Origin: Nitratidesulfovibrio vulgaris str. Hildenborough | GTDB taxonomy: Bacteria > Desulfobacterota > Desulfovibrionia > Desulfovibrionales > Desulfovibrionaceae | Direction of reading: 5' to 3' | DNA length: 32,000 bases | Assembly (NCBI RefSeq): GCF_000195755.1 | Contig: NC_002937.3 | Span: forward strand, 870,001 to 902,000 | In this document: in pieces, positions 8,976 through 16,201 of the stretch | How positions within the stretch are numbered: the stretch's first letter is position 1 | Layout of the letters: each line of letters opens with the position of its first letter | Translations under genes and position numbers: made by a program | Notes under the pieces: generated by a model | The model's database searches: none | What the model saw: only the letters and a program-made list of their open reading frames with translations | What the model was told of the DNA's origin: nothing

Positions 8976-9067
8976 TGGCGGAGAGGGAGAGATTCGAACT
9001 CTCGGTACCGGGTTAGGGTACACACGATTTCCAATCGTGCTCCTTCGGCCATCTCGGACACCTCTCC
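8976..9067 (-). tRNA. tRNA-Ser (anticodon GGA), class II with long variable arm, CCA encoded
   Basis: The reverse complement reads GGAGAGG-TG-TCC-GAGATGGCCGAA-GGA-G-CACGA-TTGGAAA-TCGTG-(variable arm with stem GTACC/GGTAC)-GAGAG-TTCGAAT-CTCTC-CCTCTCC-G-CCA. I folded the cloverleaf by hand. Confidence 0.93.
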
Positions 9068-9080
9068 GTGCGAGACGCAG

Positions 9081-9109
9081 TACCTAGCAAATGCCCGGAC
9101 CCTTTGCAA
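9081..9109 (-). promoter_or_regulatory. Candidate extended -10 promoter for tRNA-Ser
   Basis: The minus strand reads TTGCAA (9104..9109), a 17-nt spacer ending in TGC, then TAGGTA (9081..9086). The -10 ends about 13 nt before the mature tRNA 5' end. Confidence 0.35.
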
Positions 9110-9111
9110 GT

Positions 9112-9146
9112 GGAAAAAACAAGGGCAGTGGTCGAAACCACTGCCC
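9112..9146 (-). terminator. Rho-independent terminator of the hisD-purC-fabI transcription unit
   Basis: The minus strand reads GGGCAGTGGT-ttcg-ACCACTGCCC followed by TTGTTTTTTCC. Confidence 0.8.
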
Positions 9147-9216
9147 ATCGCCTCTTTTCGTGCGGTCAGGCGTCCTTTCCCGGCTTTTCCCGCTCACGGC
9201 GGGGACGTACGGGGCC

Positions 9217-9312
9217 TCAGCAGCCGCCGTGTCCGCCGGTCATGAAACGGCGACTCACCCACAGCCACACGGCGAGAATGCCCACAAGAACCAGTATGTC
9301 CTGGGTGGTCAC
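9217..9312 (-). CDS. Candidate 31-aa single-TM small protein (below the size cut-off of the supplied track)
   Basis: A GTG start lies 2 nt after the fabI TAG stop. The product is MTTQDILVLVGILAVWLWVSRRFMTGGHGGC. Third positions are mostly G/C. The ORF lies upstream of the 9112..9146 terminator, so it is inside the transcript. It has no good SD, so translation would depend on coupling to fabI. Confidence 0.4.
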   Translation of the reverse strand: MTTQDILVLVGILAVWLWVSRRFMTGGHGGC

Positions 9313-9314
9313 GG

Positions 9315-10079
9315 CTAGATGCCCATGACGTTGTAACCGCAGTCCACGAAGTGGATTTCACCCGTCACGGCGGCGGAAAGGTCGGATGCGAGGTACACCG
9401 CGCTGCCGCCCACATCGTCGATGGTGACGTTGCGGCGAAGCGGGGCGTGTTCTTCGATGTGGTTGAGGATGTTCTTGAAGCCGGAAATGCCCGAGGCTGC
9501 CAGCGTCTTGATGGGGCCGGCGCTGATGCCGTTGATGCGAATGCCCTTTTCGCCGAGGTCGACAGCGAGGTAGCGCACCGATGCTTCAAGTGCTGCCTTG
9601 GCGACACCCATGACATTGTAGTTGGTGATGACCTTCTGTGAACCGTAGTAGGTCATGGTGATGACAGAGGCGCCGGGGGCGAGGAGTCCTTCGAACGCCT
9701 TGCAGACCGACACCAGCGAATAGGCTGAAACGTCCAGTGCGAGGCGGAAGCCGTCGCGAGAGGTGTCGATGAATCGACCGTGAAGGTCGTCGCGATGGGC
9801 GAAGGCCACAGAATGGACGATGCAGTCCACCGTGCCCCACTTCTCGCGCACGAGGTCGGCGGCACCCGCCACTTGTGCGTCGTCGGTCACATCACAGGGA
9901 AAGGTGAAGTCGCCCCCGAGTTCTTCACAGATGGGGTCGACGCGCTTCTGGATGGCTTCGCCGACATAGCTGAAGGCGAGGCGGGCACCTTCGCGGCGGA
10001 AGGCCGACGAAATGCCGTAGGCGATGCTCTTGTTGTTGGCGACCCCGAAGACGAGTGCTTTCTTTCCTTCAAGCAGCAT
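9315..10079 (-). CDS. fabI: Enoyl-[acyl-carrier-protein] reductase (NADH) FabI, 254 aa
   Basis: The N-terminus GKKALVFGVANNKSIAYGI forms a Rossmann motif, and the catalytic region YNVMGVAKAALE is present. A GGAG SD precedes the start. Confidence 0.95.
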   Translation of the reverse strand: MLLEGKKALVFGVANNKSIAYGISSAFRREGARLAFSYVGEAIQKRVDPICEELGGDFTFPCDVTDDAQVAGAADLVREKWGTVDCIVHSVAFAHRDDLHGRFIDTSRDGFRLALDVSAYSLVSVCKAFEGLLAPGASVITMTYYGSQKVITNYNVMGVAKAALEASVRYLAVDLGEKGIRINGISAGPIKTLAASGISGFKNILNHIEEHAPLRRNVTIDDVGGSAVYLASDLSAAVTGEIHFVDCGYNVMGI

Positions 10080-10159
10080 GTATTACTCCGTTGCGTTGGG
10101 CACACGACATGGCGCGGCAAGGTGTCGCGCTGCATGTGCGGCCGTGCGGGGTGGTGTGC

Positions 10160-10182
10160 GGAAGGGGCGCACGGCCCCTTCC
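10160..10182 (-). terminator. Hairpin 10 nt downstream of purC (weak or partial terminator)
   Basis: The sequence is GGAAGGGGC-gcacg-GCCCCTTCC, a 9-bp GC-rich stem with no U-tract. It may attenuate transcription rather than terminate it. Confidence 0.35.
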
Positions 10183-10192
10183 ATGCTGCACC

Positions 10193-11089
10193 CTACAGCG
10201 AAAGTGTACGACCGGTCAAAATCTCGTAGGCTTCGAGATACTTCTTTCGGGTCTCGGCGATGACATCGGCAGGCAGGGCAGGGGGAGGCGGGGTCTTGTC
10301 CCACGGCTGGGCCGACAGCCAGTCGCGCAGGTACTGCTTGTCGAAGCTCGGCTGTCCCTTGCCGGGGGCGTAGCCCGCTGCGGGCCAGAACCGCGACGAG
10401 TCGGGGGTGAGCACTTCGTCGATGAGGATGAGTTCGCCATCCACAAGGCCGAATTCGAACTTGGTGTCGGCGATGATGATGCCGCGGCCTTCGGCGTATT
10501 CACGCCCCTGCGTGAAGATGTCCAGCGCGAGACGCTCGACCTTGTCCAGAAGGTCCTTGCCGAGCATGGTCTCGGCCTGCGCGAGGGTGATGTTCTCGTC
10601 GTGCTCGCCGAGTTCAGCCTTGGTGGAGGGGGTGAAGAGCGCCTTCTCCAGCTTGGCGGATTCGAGCAGTCCCGCAGGCAGGCTGTACCCGCACACCTTA
10701 CCGCTGCTCTTGTAGTCCTTCCAGCCCGACCCGGTGATATGCCCGCGCACGATGCACTCAATGGGCAGGGGCTTTGCCTTGCGCACGAGCACTGCGCGGC
10801 CTTCGAGCATGTCACGGTACGCTTGCAGCGGGGCCGGGAACCGGTCGACGTCGCGTTCGACGAGGTGGTTCTTCACGAGACCCGCGAAACGATCCATCCA
10901 GAACAGGGTAATCTGATTGAGGATGACGCCCTTGTAAGGGATGGGCTCGTTCATGATGACGTCGAAGGCCGACATGCGGTCGGTGGTGACGATGAGCAAT
11001 GTCGATTCGTCGATGTCGTAGATGTCGCGGACCTTGCCCCGCGAGCGAAGGGGGTATTCCTTGATGTCCGTGCTGGTGACGACCTGCAT
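10193..11089 (-). CDS. purC: Phosphoribosylaminoimidazole-succinocarboxamide (SAICAR) synthase PurC, 298 aa
   Basis: I used the internal start MQVVTSTDIKEYPLRSRGKVRDIYDIDESTLLIVTTDRMSAFD... with an AAGGAG SD. The 492-aa ORF in the track is an over-extension into hisD. Confidence 0.95.
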   Translation of the reverse strand: MQVVTSTDIKEYPLRSRGKVRDIYDIDESTLLIVTTDRMSAFDVIMNEPIPYKGVILNQITLFWMDRFAGLVKNHLVERDVDRFPAPLQAYRDMLEGRAVLVRKAKPLPIECIVRGHITGSGWKDYKSSGKVCGYSLPAGLLESAKLEKALFTPSTKAELGEHDENITLAQAETMLGKDLLDKVERLALDIFTQGREYAEGRGIIIADTKFEFGLVDGELILIDEVLTPDSSRFWPAAGYAPGKGQPSFDKQYLRDWLSAQPWDKTPPPPALPADVIAETRKKYLEAYEILTGRTLSL

Positions 11090-11105
11090 GAAAGGCTCCT
11101 TACTC

Positions 11106-12416
11106 TTACTGTTGGCTGTTGCGGGATGCTGCCGAACGGGCGTGGGCCTCAAGTCCTTCAAGGCGCGCAAGGCGCGCCACCGCGTCGGCGTTACGCTCGG
11201 CGAACGCACGTGACGCGGCGATGATGCTGGTGCGCTTGCAGAACGTCTGCACCGAAAGCGCTGAAGAGAAGCGGGCCGTGCCCATGGTGGGCAGAACGTG
11301 ATTGGGGCCGGCGAAGTAGTCGCCGAGTGGCTCGGGAGAATAGGGGCCAAGAAAGAGTGCCCCGGCGTGCCGCAGGCTCCCCGCAAGTTCCCAGGGCTGA
11401 GCGGTGAGCACCTCAAGATGCTCCGGGGCCACGCGGTTGGCGATGGCCACGGCGACATCCATGTCTGGAACGACGACCACGGCACCCCAGTCGGCAAGGG
11501 CCTTGCGGGCGATGTCGGCGCGCGGAAGCGTGGCAAGCTGGCGTTCGAGTTCCGCAGTGACGGCTTCGGCGAGTGCTGGTTCCGTGGTGACAAGTATGGA
11601 CGAGGCCAGCGGGTCGTGCTCGGCTTGCGAGAGCATGTCGGCGGCGACCCAGTCGGGGCGCGCCGTCGCATCGGCGAGGATGAGAATCTCGCTGGGGCCT
11701 GCTATCATGTCGATGGCAACGCGGCCTTGTACCATGCGCTTGGCAGTGGTGACGAAGATGTTGCCCGGTCCGGCGATGACATCCACGGGCGCGATGGTCT
11801 GTGTGCCGAAGGCAAAGGCCGCCACGGCCCATGCACTCCCCGCCCGGATGATGTCGGTGATGCCCAGAATGTGGGCGGCGGCGAGCAGGTGCGGATTGAG
11901 AGTGCCGTCGGGACGCGGGGGCGAGGCTACGGTGATGCTCGTGACGCCTGCCACCTGAGCGGGGATGGCGTTCATCAGCAGACTTGACAGCAGGGGCGTG
12001 TCGCCTCCTTTGCCGCCGGGCACATAAAGACCGGCACGGTCGACCGGGGTTACCTTCTGCCCGAGAATGGTGCCGTCATCATGGGTGACGAACCACGACC
12101 GTTCCTTCTGCGCTTCATGGAAGCTGCGGATGTTATCCGCTGCCTGCCTGATGATGGCGATGTCGTCGGCAGGGACGGAAGCCACGGCCTGCGCCACCTC
12201 TTCTGAGGTGACGTGCAGTAAGGCGGGGGTGAAATCGGGACAGTCGAAGCGGCGGGTATACTCGGCGAGGGCTTCGTCACCCTTGCTGCGGACGGCGGCG
12301 AGAATGTCGCGCACGACGGGTTCGACGGCGTCATCGGGGTCGTATCGTCCGGCGAGCATGTCGCCGAGAAGAGGCCATTGCGCCTCTGACTGGAGAGTGA
12401 GGATGCGGCAGGGCAT
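11106..12416 (-). CDS. hisD: Histidinol dehydrogenase HisD, 436 aa
   Basis: The protein shows full-length HisD-like sequence, including SQAEHD and the GDYFAGPNHVLPT blocks. Confidence 0.95.
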   Translation of the reverse strand: MPCRILTLQSEAQWPLLGDMLAGRYDPDDAVEPVVRDILAAVRSKGDEALAEYTRRFDCPDFTPALLHVTSEEVAQAVASVPADDIAIIRQAADNIRSFHEAQKERSWFVTHDDGTILGQKVTPVDRAGLYVPGGKGGDTPLLSSLLMNAIPAQVAGVTSITVASPPRPDGTLNPHLLAAAHILGITDIIRAGSAWAVAAFAFGTQTIAPVDVIAGPGNIFVTTAKRMVQGRVAIDMIAGPSEILILADATARPDWVAADMLSQAEHDPLASSILVTTEPALAEAVTAELERQLATLPRADIARKALADWGAVVVVPDMDVAVAIANRVAPEHLEVLTAQPWELAGSLRHAGALFLGPYSPEPLGDYFAGPNHVLPTMGTARFSSALSVQTFCKRTSIIAASRAFAERNADAVARLARLEGLEAHARSAASRNSQQ

Positions 12417-12484
12417 GGGGCCTCCGGGATGAGGTTCTGGCGTGGCCCTTCATATATAAGGCTTGGCGAAAAGTCGAGGCTGCG

Positions 12485-12520
12485 CCGAAAACGAAGCCGG
12501 GGGCCTTGCGGCCCCCCGGC
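12485..12520 (-). terminator. Intrinsic terminator after porin gene 1
   Basis: The minus strand has a GC-rich stem, GCCGGGGGGCC-gcaa-GGCCCCCGGC (one bulged base), followed by TTCGTTTTCGG. Confidence 0.6.
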
Positions 12521-12545
12521 GTGTGTACGTCAGGCGAAGCGGGGC

Positions 12546-13976
12546 TTAGAATTCGTAGATGAAGTAGAAGGCCAGCTTCTTGGCGTCGGAGGTGTCGGAG
12601 TTGGCGTTGCCCCAAGTTTCTTCGTCGAGATCCAGCTTGATGTAGCCCATTTCGGCCACGAGGGAGAGGTTCTCGTAGATCTTGTAGGTGGTGTCGAAGT
12701 TCACTTCCCAAGCGCTGTCTTCGTTGGTCAGGAAGACGGCACCCTGTGCAGGGGTGACCTCGTCGACGAGACCGGCGTTCTTCTTGAGCAGGTCGGCGTC
12801 GTTGGTACCCTTCATGTAGGCTACGCGGAAGACGTGCGACAGGTTCTCGATGAAGGAGATGTCGGCGAGTTCAAGGCCGAGAGCCCAGCTGCCAGCGCCG
12901 TTCAGGCCGAAGTTGGTGTCGTCGTAGTAGACGGAACCGGGGAAGCCGAAGCTGGTCGGGGCCCAGGACTGGGGCGACACGGAAGGCATACGCTCGGAAC
13001 CGTTGTTGATGTCGTCGTCTTCACCGGAGCCGTACCAGGCGAAGAGACCGGGGGTGACCATGCCAAGCTTGTAGGCAGCCTTGGCGGAAAGCAGCCAGCC
13101 GCTACGCTCGGAAGCGTCAACGTCGGCTTCCTTGGCACCGTAAGAGAAGTCGGCCTTCAGCGAGAAGGGATCGAACTTGCTCATTTCGAAGGCCACGCCG
13201 CCCCACCATGCGTCGAACGAGTTGGTTTCGGAGTCCTGGTTGCCGAGACCGGAAAGCTGAGAGACGGACAGCATCCCGCTCGTGTAGGCGCCCCACGAAG
13301 AACCGTTGTACTTGGTGCTGTCAGAACCGTTGACGTCCTTGCCAGCGGAAGCGTAGGCGGCGTAGGGGGTGACCTTGAAGCCGTCGAGGGTCACGGGCAC
13401 GGCGAGGCCGAAGATGTCGACTTCGTCAAACGCATTCTTGCCACCATCGGCGTCGGACTTGTCACCGGCGGTGTCGTAGGGGCGAGCCCAGAACGCGGTG
13501 GCGGAGACCATGTCGTTGAAGGCGTAGGAAAGGGTCAGGGCAGCCACGTCGTCGTCGAGGATGGGGCTGGAACCGAAGGTGGCGCCGGGCAGGGCGAGGC
13601 CCTGGATACCCATGCGGACCTTCAGGTCGGTCTGCGGCACGGTCCAGTCGATGTACGAACGACGGACCTTGACGACCTTGCCGTCGGCACCGAGAGCGCC
13701 GTCGTTGGTACCCCAGTCCTGGTGGCCGATTTCGAAGTACACCACGCCCGAAAGATTTTCATTGGCGACAACGTCGATCTGGGTGCGGAAACGCTGGTGG
13801 GCGTTGAAGGTGTCACCACCGGAACCGCCCTTGTCCTTGTCGTAGTAGTCGAGGCTGTCGGTGAAGCCGAAGCCGAGGGCCCAGTAGCCCTTGGCCTTGA
13901 TGTCGGCGGCGTGTGCGCCACCGAAGGCGCCGAAGACGAGACCGGCGGCCAGCAGCAGAGTAACGATGCGTTTCAT
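12546..13976 (-). CDS. Outer-membrane beta-barrel porin, paralogue 1, 476 aa
   Basis: I used the internal start MKRIVTLLLAAGLVFGAFGGAHA|ADIKAKG, which is a signal peptide with an AxA cleavage site, preceded by a GAAGGAAGGA SD. The mature protein has an alternating amphipathic, aromatic-rich pattern and ends in a C-terminal ...YEF, which resembles a BAM (beta-barrel assembly machinery) recognition terminus. Confidence 0.88.
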   Translation of the reverse strand: MKRIVTLLLAAGLVFGAFGGAHAADIKAKGYWALGFGFTDSLDYYDKDKGGSGGDTFNAHQRFRTQIDVVANENLSGVVYFEIGHQDWGTNDGALGADGKVVKVRRSYIDWTVPQTDLKVRMGIQGLALPGATFGSSPILDDDVAALTLSYAFNDMVSATAFWARPYDTAGDKSDADGGKNAFDEVDIFGLAVPVTLDGFKVTPYAAYASAGKDVNGSDSTKYNGSSWGAYTSGMLSVSQLSGLGNQDSETNSFDAWWGGVAFEMSKFDPFSLKADFSYGAKEADVDASERSGWLLSAKAAYKLGMVTPGLFAWYGSGEDDDINNGSERMPSVSPQSWAPTSFGFPGSVYYDDTNFGLNGAGSWALGLELADISFIENLSHVFRVAYMKGTNDADLLKKNAGLVDEVTPAQGAVFLTNEDSAWEVNFDTTYKIYENLSLVAEMGYIKLDLDEETWGNANSDTSDAKKLAFYFIYEF

Positions 13977-14014
13977 GTTCGATCCTTCCTTCAGATGCGG
14001 TTGCAAATAAAACC

Positions 14015-14030
14015 TGACGTCACATGACGT
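14015..14030. promoter_or_regulatory. Palindromic element in the porin-1 leader or promoter
   Basis: The sequence TGACGTCACATGACGT contains the perfect 8-bp palindrome TGACGTCA and the inverted repeat ACGTCA-ca-TGACGT. It lies 39 to 54 nt upstream of the porin-1 ATG. Confidence 0.3.
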
Positions 14031-14325
14031 TTTGGTTACATGAACTGCAACTGGTTGGCAAGGCATGGAAAGCCATGTGGTGCAATTTTTAATACCGGTA
14101 TGTCTCTCGTTACTGCACTGGTTGTGTGCATAGTTCGCGTCTGTTGACGTTTTTGTGATTGGCGCTGATTCGTAGGAGTTCGGCATGTGCCTTCAGAACG
14201 TCAGGCCGTGCTCACAACGCGCTTGTGGTGTTGGCCGTCGCGACTGTTTCAGTAATCGGGAGGTCAGAAGGATGAGAGCATCGGTGTGGCATGAGTGTGC
14301 GTCTTCGTGTCTTGATGTTGCGCAT

Positions 14326-14354
14326 GAAAAAGGGGAGGCCTTGCGGCCTCCCCT
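14326..14354 (-). terminator. Rho-independent terminator after porin gene 2
   Basis: The minus strand reads AGGGGAGGCC-gcaa-GGCCTCCCCT followed by TTTT (five consecutive T when the last stem base is included), 25 nt downstream of the TAA stop. Confidence 0.8.
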
Positions 14355-14378
14355 CGCATGTCGCGGATGCGGCGATGC

Positions 14379-15779
14379 TTAGAAGCTGTACTTCAGGTTG
14401 AAGCCGAGCTTCATAGCGTCGTCGTATTCGGCGTTGCCCCAGGTGTCTTCGTCGACGTCGAGCTTGATGTAGCCCATTTCGACGATGAGGGCGAGGTTCT
14501 CGTAGATGTTGTAGGTGTGGTCGAAGTTCACTTCCCACGCGCTGTCTTCGTCGGTCAGGTACAGGCCGTTGCCGTCCTGCTTCAGGTCGGCATGACCGTT
14601 CTTGGCCATTTCGGCGTCGTTGGTGCCCTTGATGTAGGCGACGCGCAGGGTGTGCTTCAGGTTTTCGATGAAGCTGATGTCAGCAAGCTGCAGACCAACA
14701 CCCCAGGTGCCAGCGCCGCTCACGGTCAGCAGCGAGTCGGTGGCGATGGGGGCGCCGACCTTGTCCATACCGAAGGAGGTGGGACCGAAGTCGGGCGAGA
14801 TGTAGGGCATGCGCTCGGAACCATTGTTGGCGTCGTCGTCGTCGCCAGAGGCGTACCAGGCGAAGAGACCGGGGGTCATCATGCTCATCTTGTAGTCAAG
14901 GGAGCCGATGACGAGCCAGCCGGAGCGTTCCCATTCTTCGCTGTCAGCCTGCACGGAACCGTAGATGCCGTCCATCTTGAAGCGGATGGGGTCGAACATG
15001 GACAGTTCGTACGACAGGCCACCCCACCATGCGGTGGTGTCCTTGTCGAAGGTGGTGGTAGCGCCAGCGGGGAGGTTGGCAGGACGAAGACCAGCGGCAG
15101 CCTGCTTCCAGGAAGCGCTGTTGTACTTCGTGGCGTCGGAACCGTTGAGGTTCTTGCCGATGGAGGAGTAGGCACCCCAGGGGGTGATCTTCATGCCGTC
15201 GAGGGTGACGGGCACGATGAGGCCGAACACGTCCATTTCGTCGAAGCTGGTGGAACCGGCGTCGTCGGTGGCGCTGGCGTCGTAGGGGCGAGCCCAGAAC
15301 GCGGTGGCGGCGACCATGTCGTTGAAGGCGTAGGACATGGTGATGGCGGCCACGTCGTCGTCCATCACGGGCGAACCGGCCACGCCGCCGGGCAGGGCCA
15401 GACCCTGGATACCCATACGGACCTTCAGGTCGGTGTTGGGCACGATCCAGTCGATGTACGAACGCTTGACTTCAACGGACTTGCCGTCAGCACCAAGAGC
15501 GCCGTCGTCCTTGCCCCAGATGGTGTCGCCCATTTCGAAGTACACGGTGCCGGAGAGGGATTCGCTGGCAACGATGTCGATCTGGGTGCGCAGGCGCTGC
15601 TTGCCGGCGAAGGTGTCACCACCCTTGCCGCCGTGTTCCTTGGACTGGAAGTCGGTGTTGTTCAGGAACTCGAAGTTGAAGTCCCACTGGCCCTTGGCTT
15701 TGATGTCGGCAGCCTGAGCGCCGCCGAAGGCGCCGAACACGAGGCCGGCAGCCAGAAGCAGAGTAACGATGCGCTTCAT
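14379..15779 (-). CDS. Outer-membrane beta-barrel porin, paralogue 2, 466 aa
   Basis: The signal peptide MKRIVTLLLAAGLVFGAFGGAQA|ADIKAKG is nearly identical to paralogue 1. The SD context CTGAAGGAAGGA is shared, the C-terminus is ...KYSF, and conserved blocks are shared (RSYIDW, DLKVRMGIQGLALPG, TPGLFAWY, NNGSERMP, LADISFIENL, DSAWEVNFD). Confidence 0.9.
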   Translation of the reverse strand: MKRIVTLLLAAGLVFGAFGGAQAADIKAKGQWDFNFEFLNNTDFQSKEHGGKGGDTFAGKQRLRTQIDIVASESLSGTVYFEMGDTIWGKDDGALGADGKSVEVKRSYIDWIVPNTDLKVRMGIQGLALPGGVAGSPVMDDDVAAITMSYAFNDMVAATAFWARPYDASATDDAGSTSFDEMDVFGLIVPVTLDGMKITPWGAYSSIGKNLNGSDATKYNSASWKQAAAGLRPANLPAGATTTFDKDTTAWWGGLSYELSMFDPIRFKMDGIYGSVQADSEEWERSGWLVIGSLDYKMSMMTPGLFAWYASGDDDDANNGSERMPYISPDFGPTSFGMDKVGAPIATDSLLTVSGAGTWGVGLQLADISFIENLKHTLRVAYIKGTNDAEMAKNGHADLKQDGNGLYLTDEDSAWEVNFDHTYNIYENLALIVEMGYIKLDVDEDTWGNAEYDDAMKLGFNLKYSF

Positions 15780-16201
15780 TGTTTTTTCCTTCCTTCAGTT
15801 TGCGTTTGCAGGTTTTGCATTCCTGACGCTGGGCTTCTTGCGAAGTCCGGGTATAGCAATAGCGCAGAGATGTGGGTATGACAAGGCTTGAAAACCTTTT
15901 TTCGGGTCATTCGTCCAATTTTTTTTACGGTACAATCTTCTTGCCTGCGATGTCTGCATGTGTTTGGCGCTACGTCCGACAACGCCTCACAGCCGTCACG
16001 TGTCGGACTGTATCAGTTTGCAAATATGTCATGGCAAGTGCGGGGGCATGAAAAAGTCATCATTTTGACGCAAGCATGGCCTTGCCGCTTCCGGCCTGCC
16101 CGGTTCATCTGCCGGTTGCGGTTGGGTGACGAAGCTTGCCCGGTTGGCGCAGGGCCTTATATACACGGCAGCGTTGCGACGCAGCGTCGGTCTCGCCTGC
16201 T

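Noticed and set aside
8976-9067. tRNA-Ser considered as the boundary of an integrated island.
   Set aside because: No integrase is present, no direct repeat of the tRNA 3' end occurs elsewhere in the window, and the flanking genes are housekeeping.
14185-14382. Small plus-strand ORFs in porin-flanking spacers (14185..14382, 65 aa; 15888..16217, 109 aa).
   Set aside because: They have no SD and a Cys/Arg-rich, improbable composition. They overlap a terminator or promoter region of the real minus-strand genes.
15974-16008. Inverted repeat GTCCGACA-N19-TGTCGGAC in the porin-2/uvrC divergent spacer. The half-site resembles the TGTCGGC-type CooA/CRP-family sites reported for Desulfovibrio.
   Set aside because: The 19-nt spacing is incompatible with a dimeric CRP-family site. 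It could simply be a hairpin, and I have no supporting evidence.
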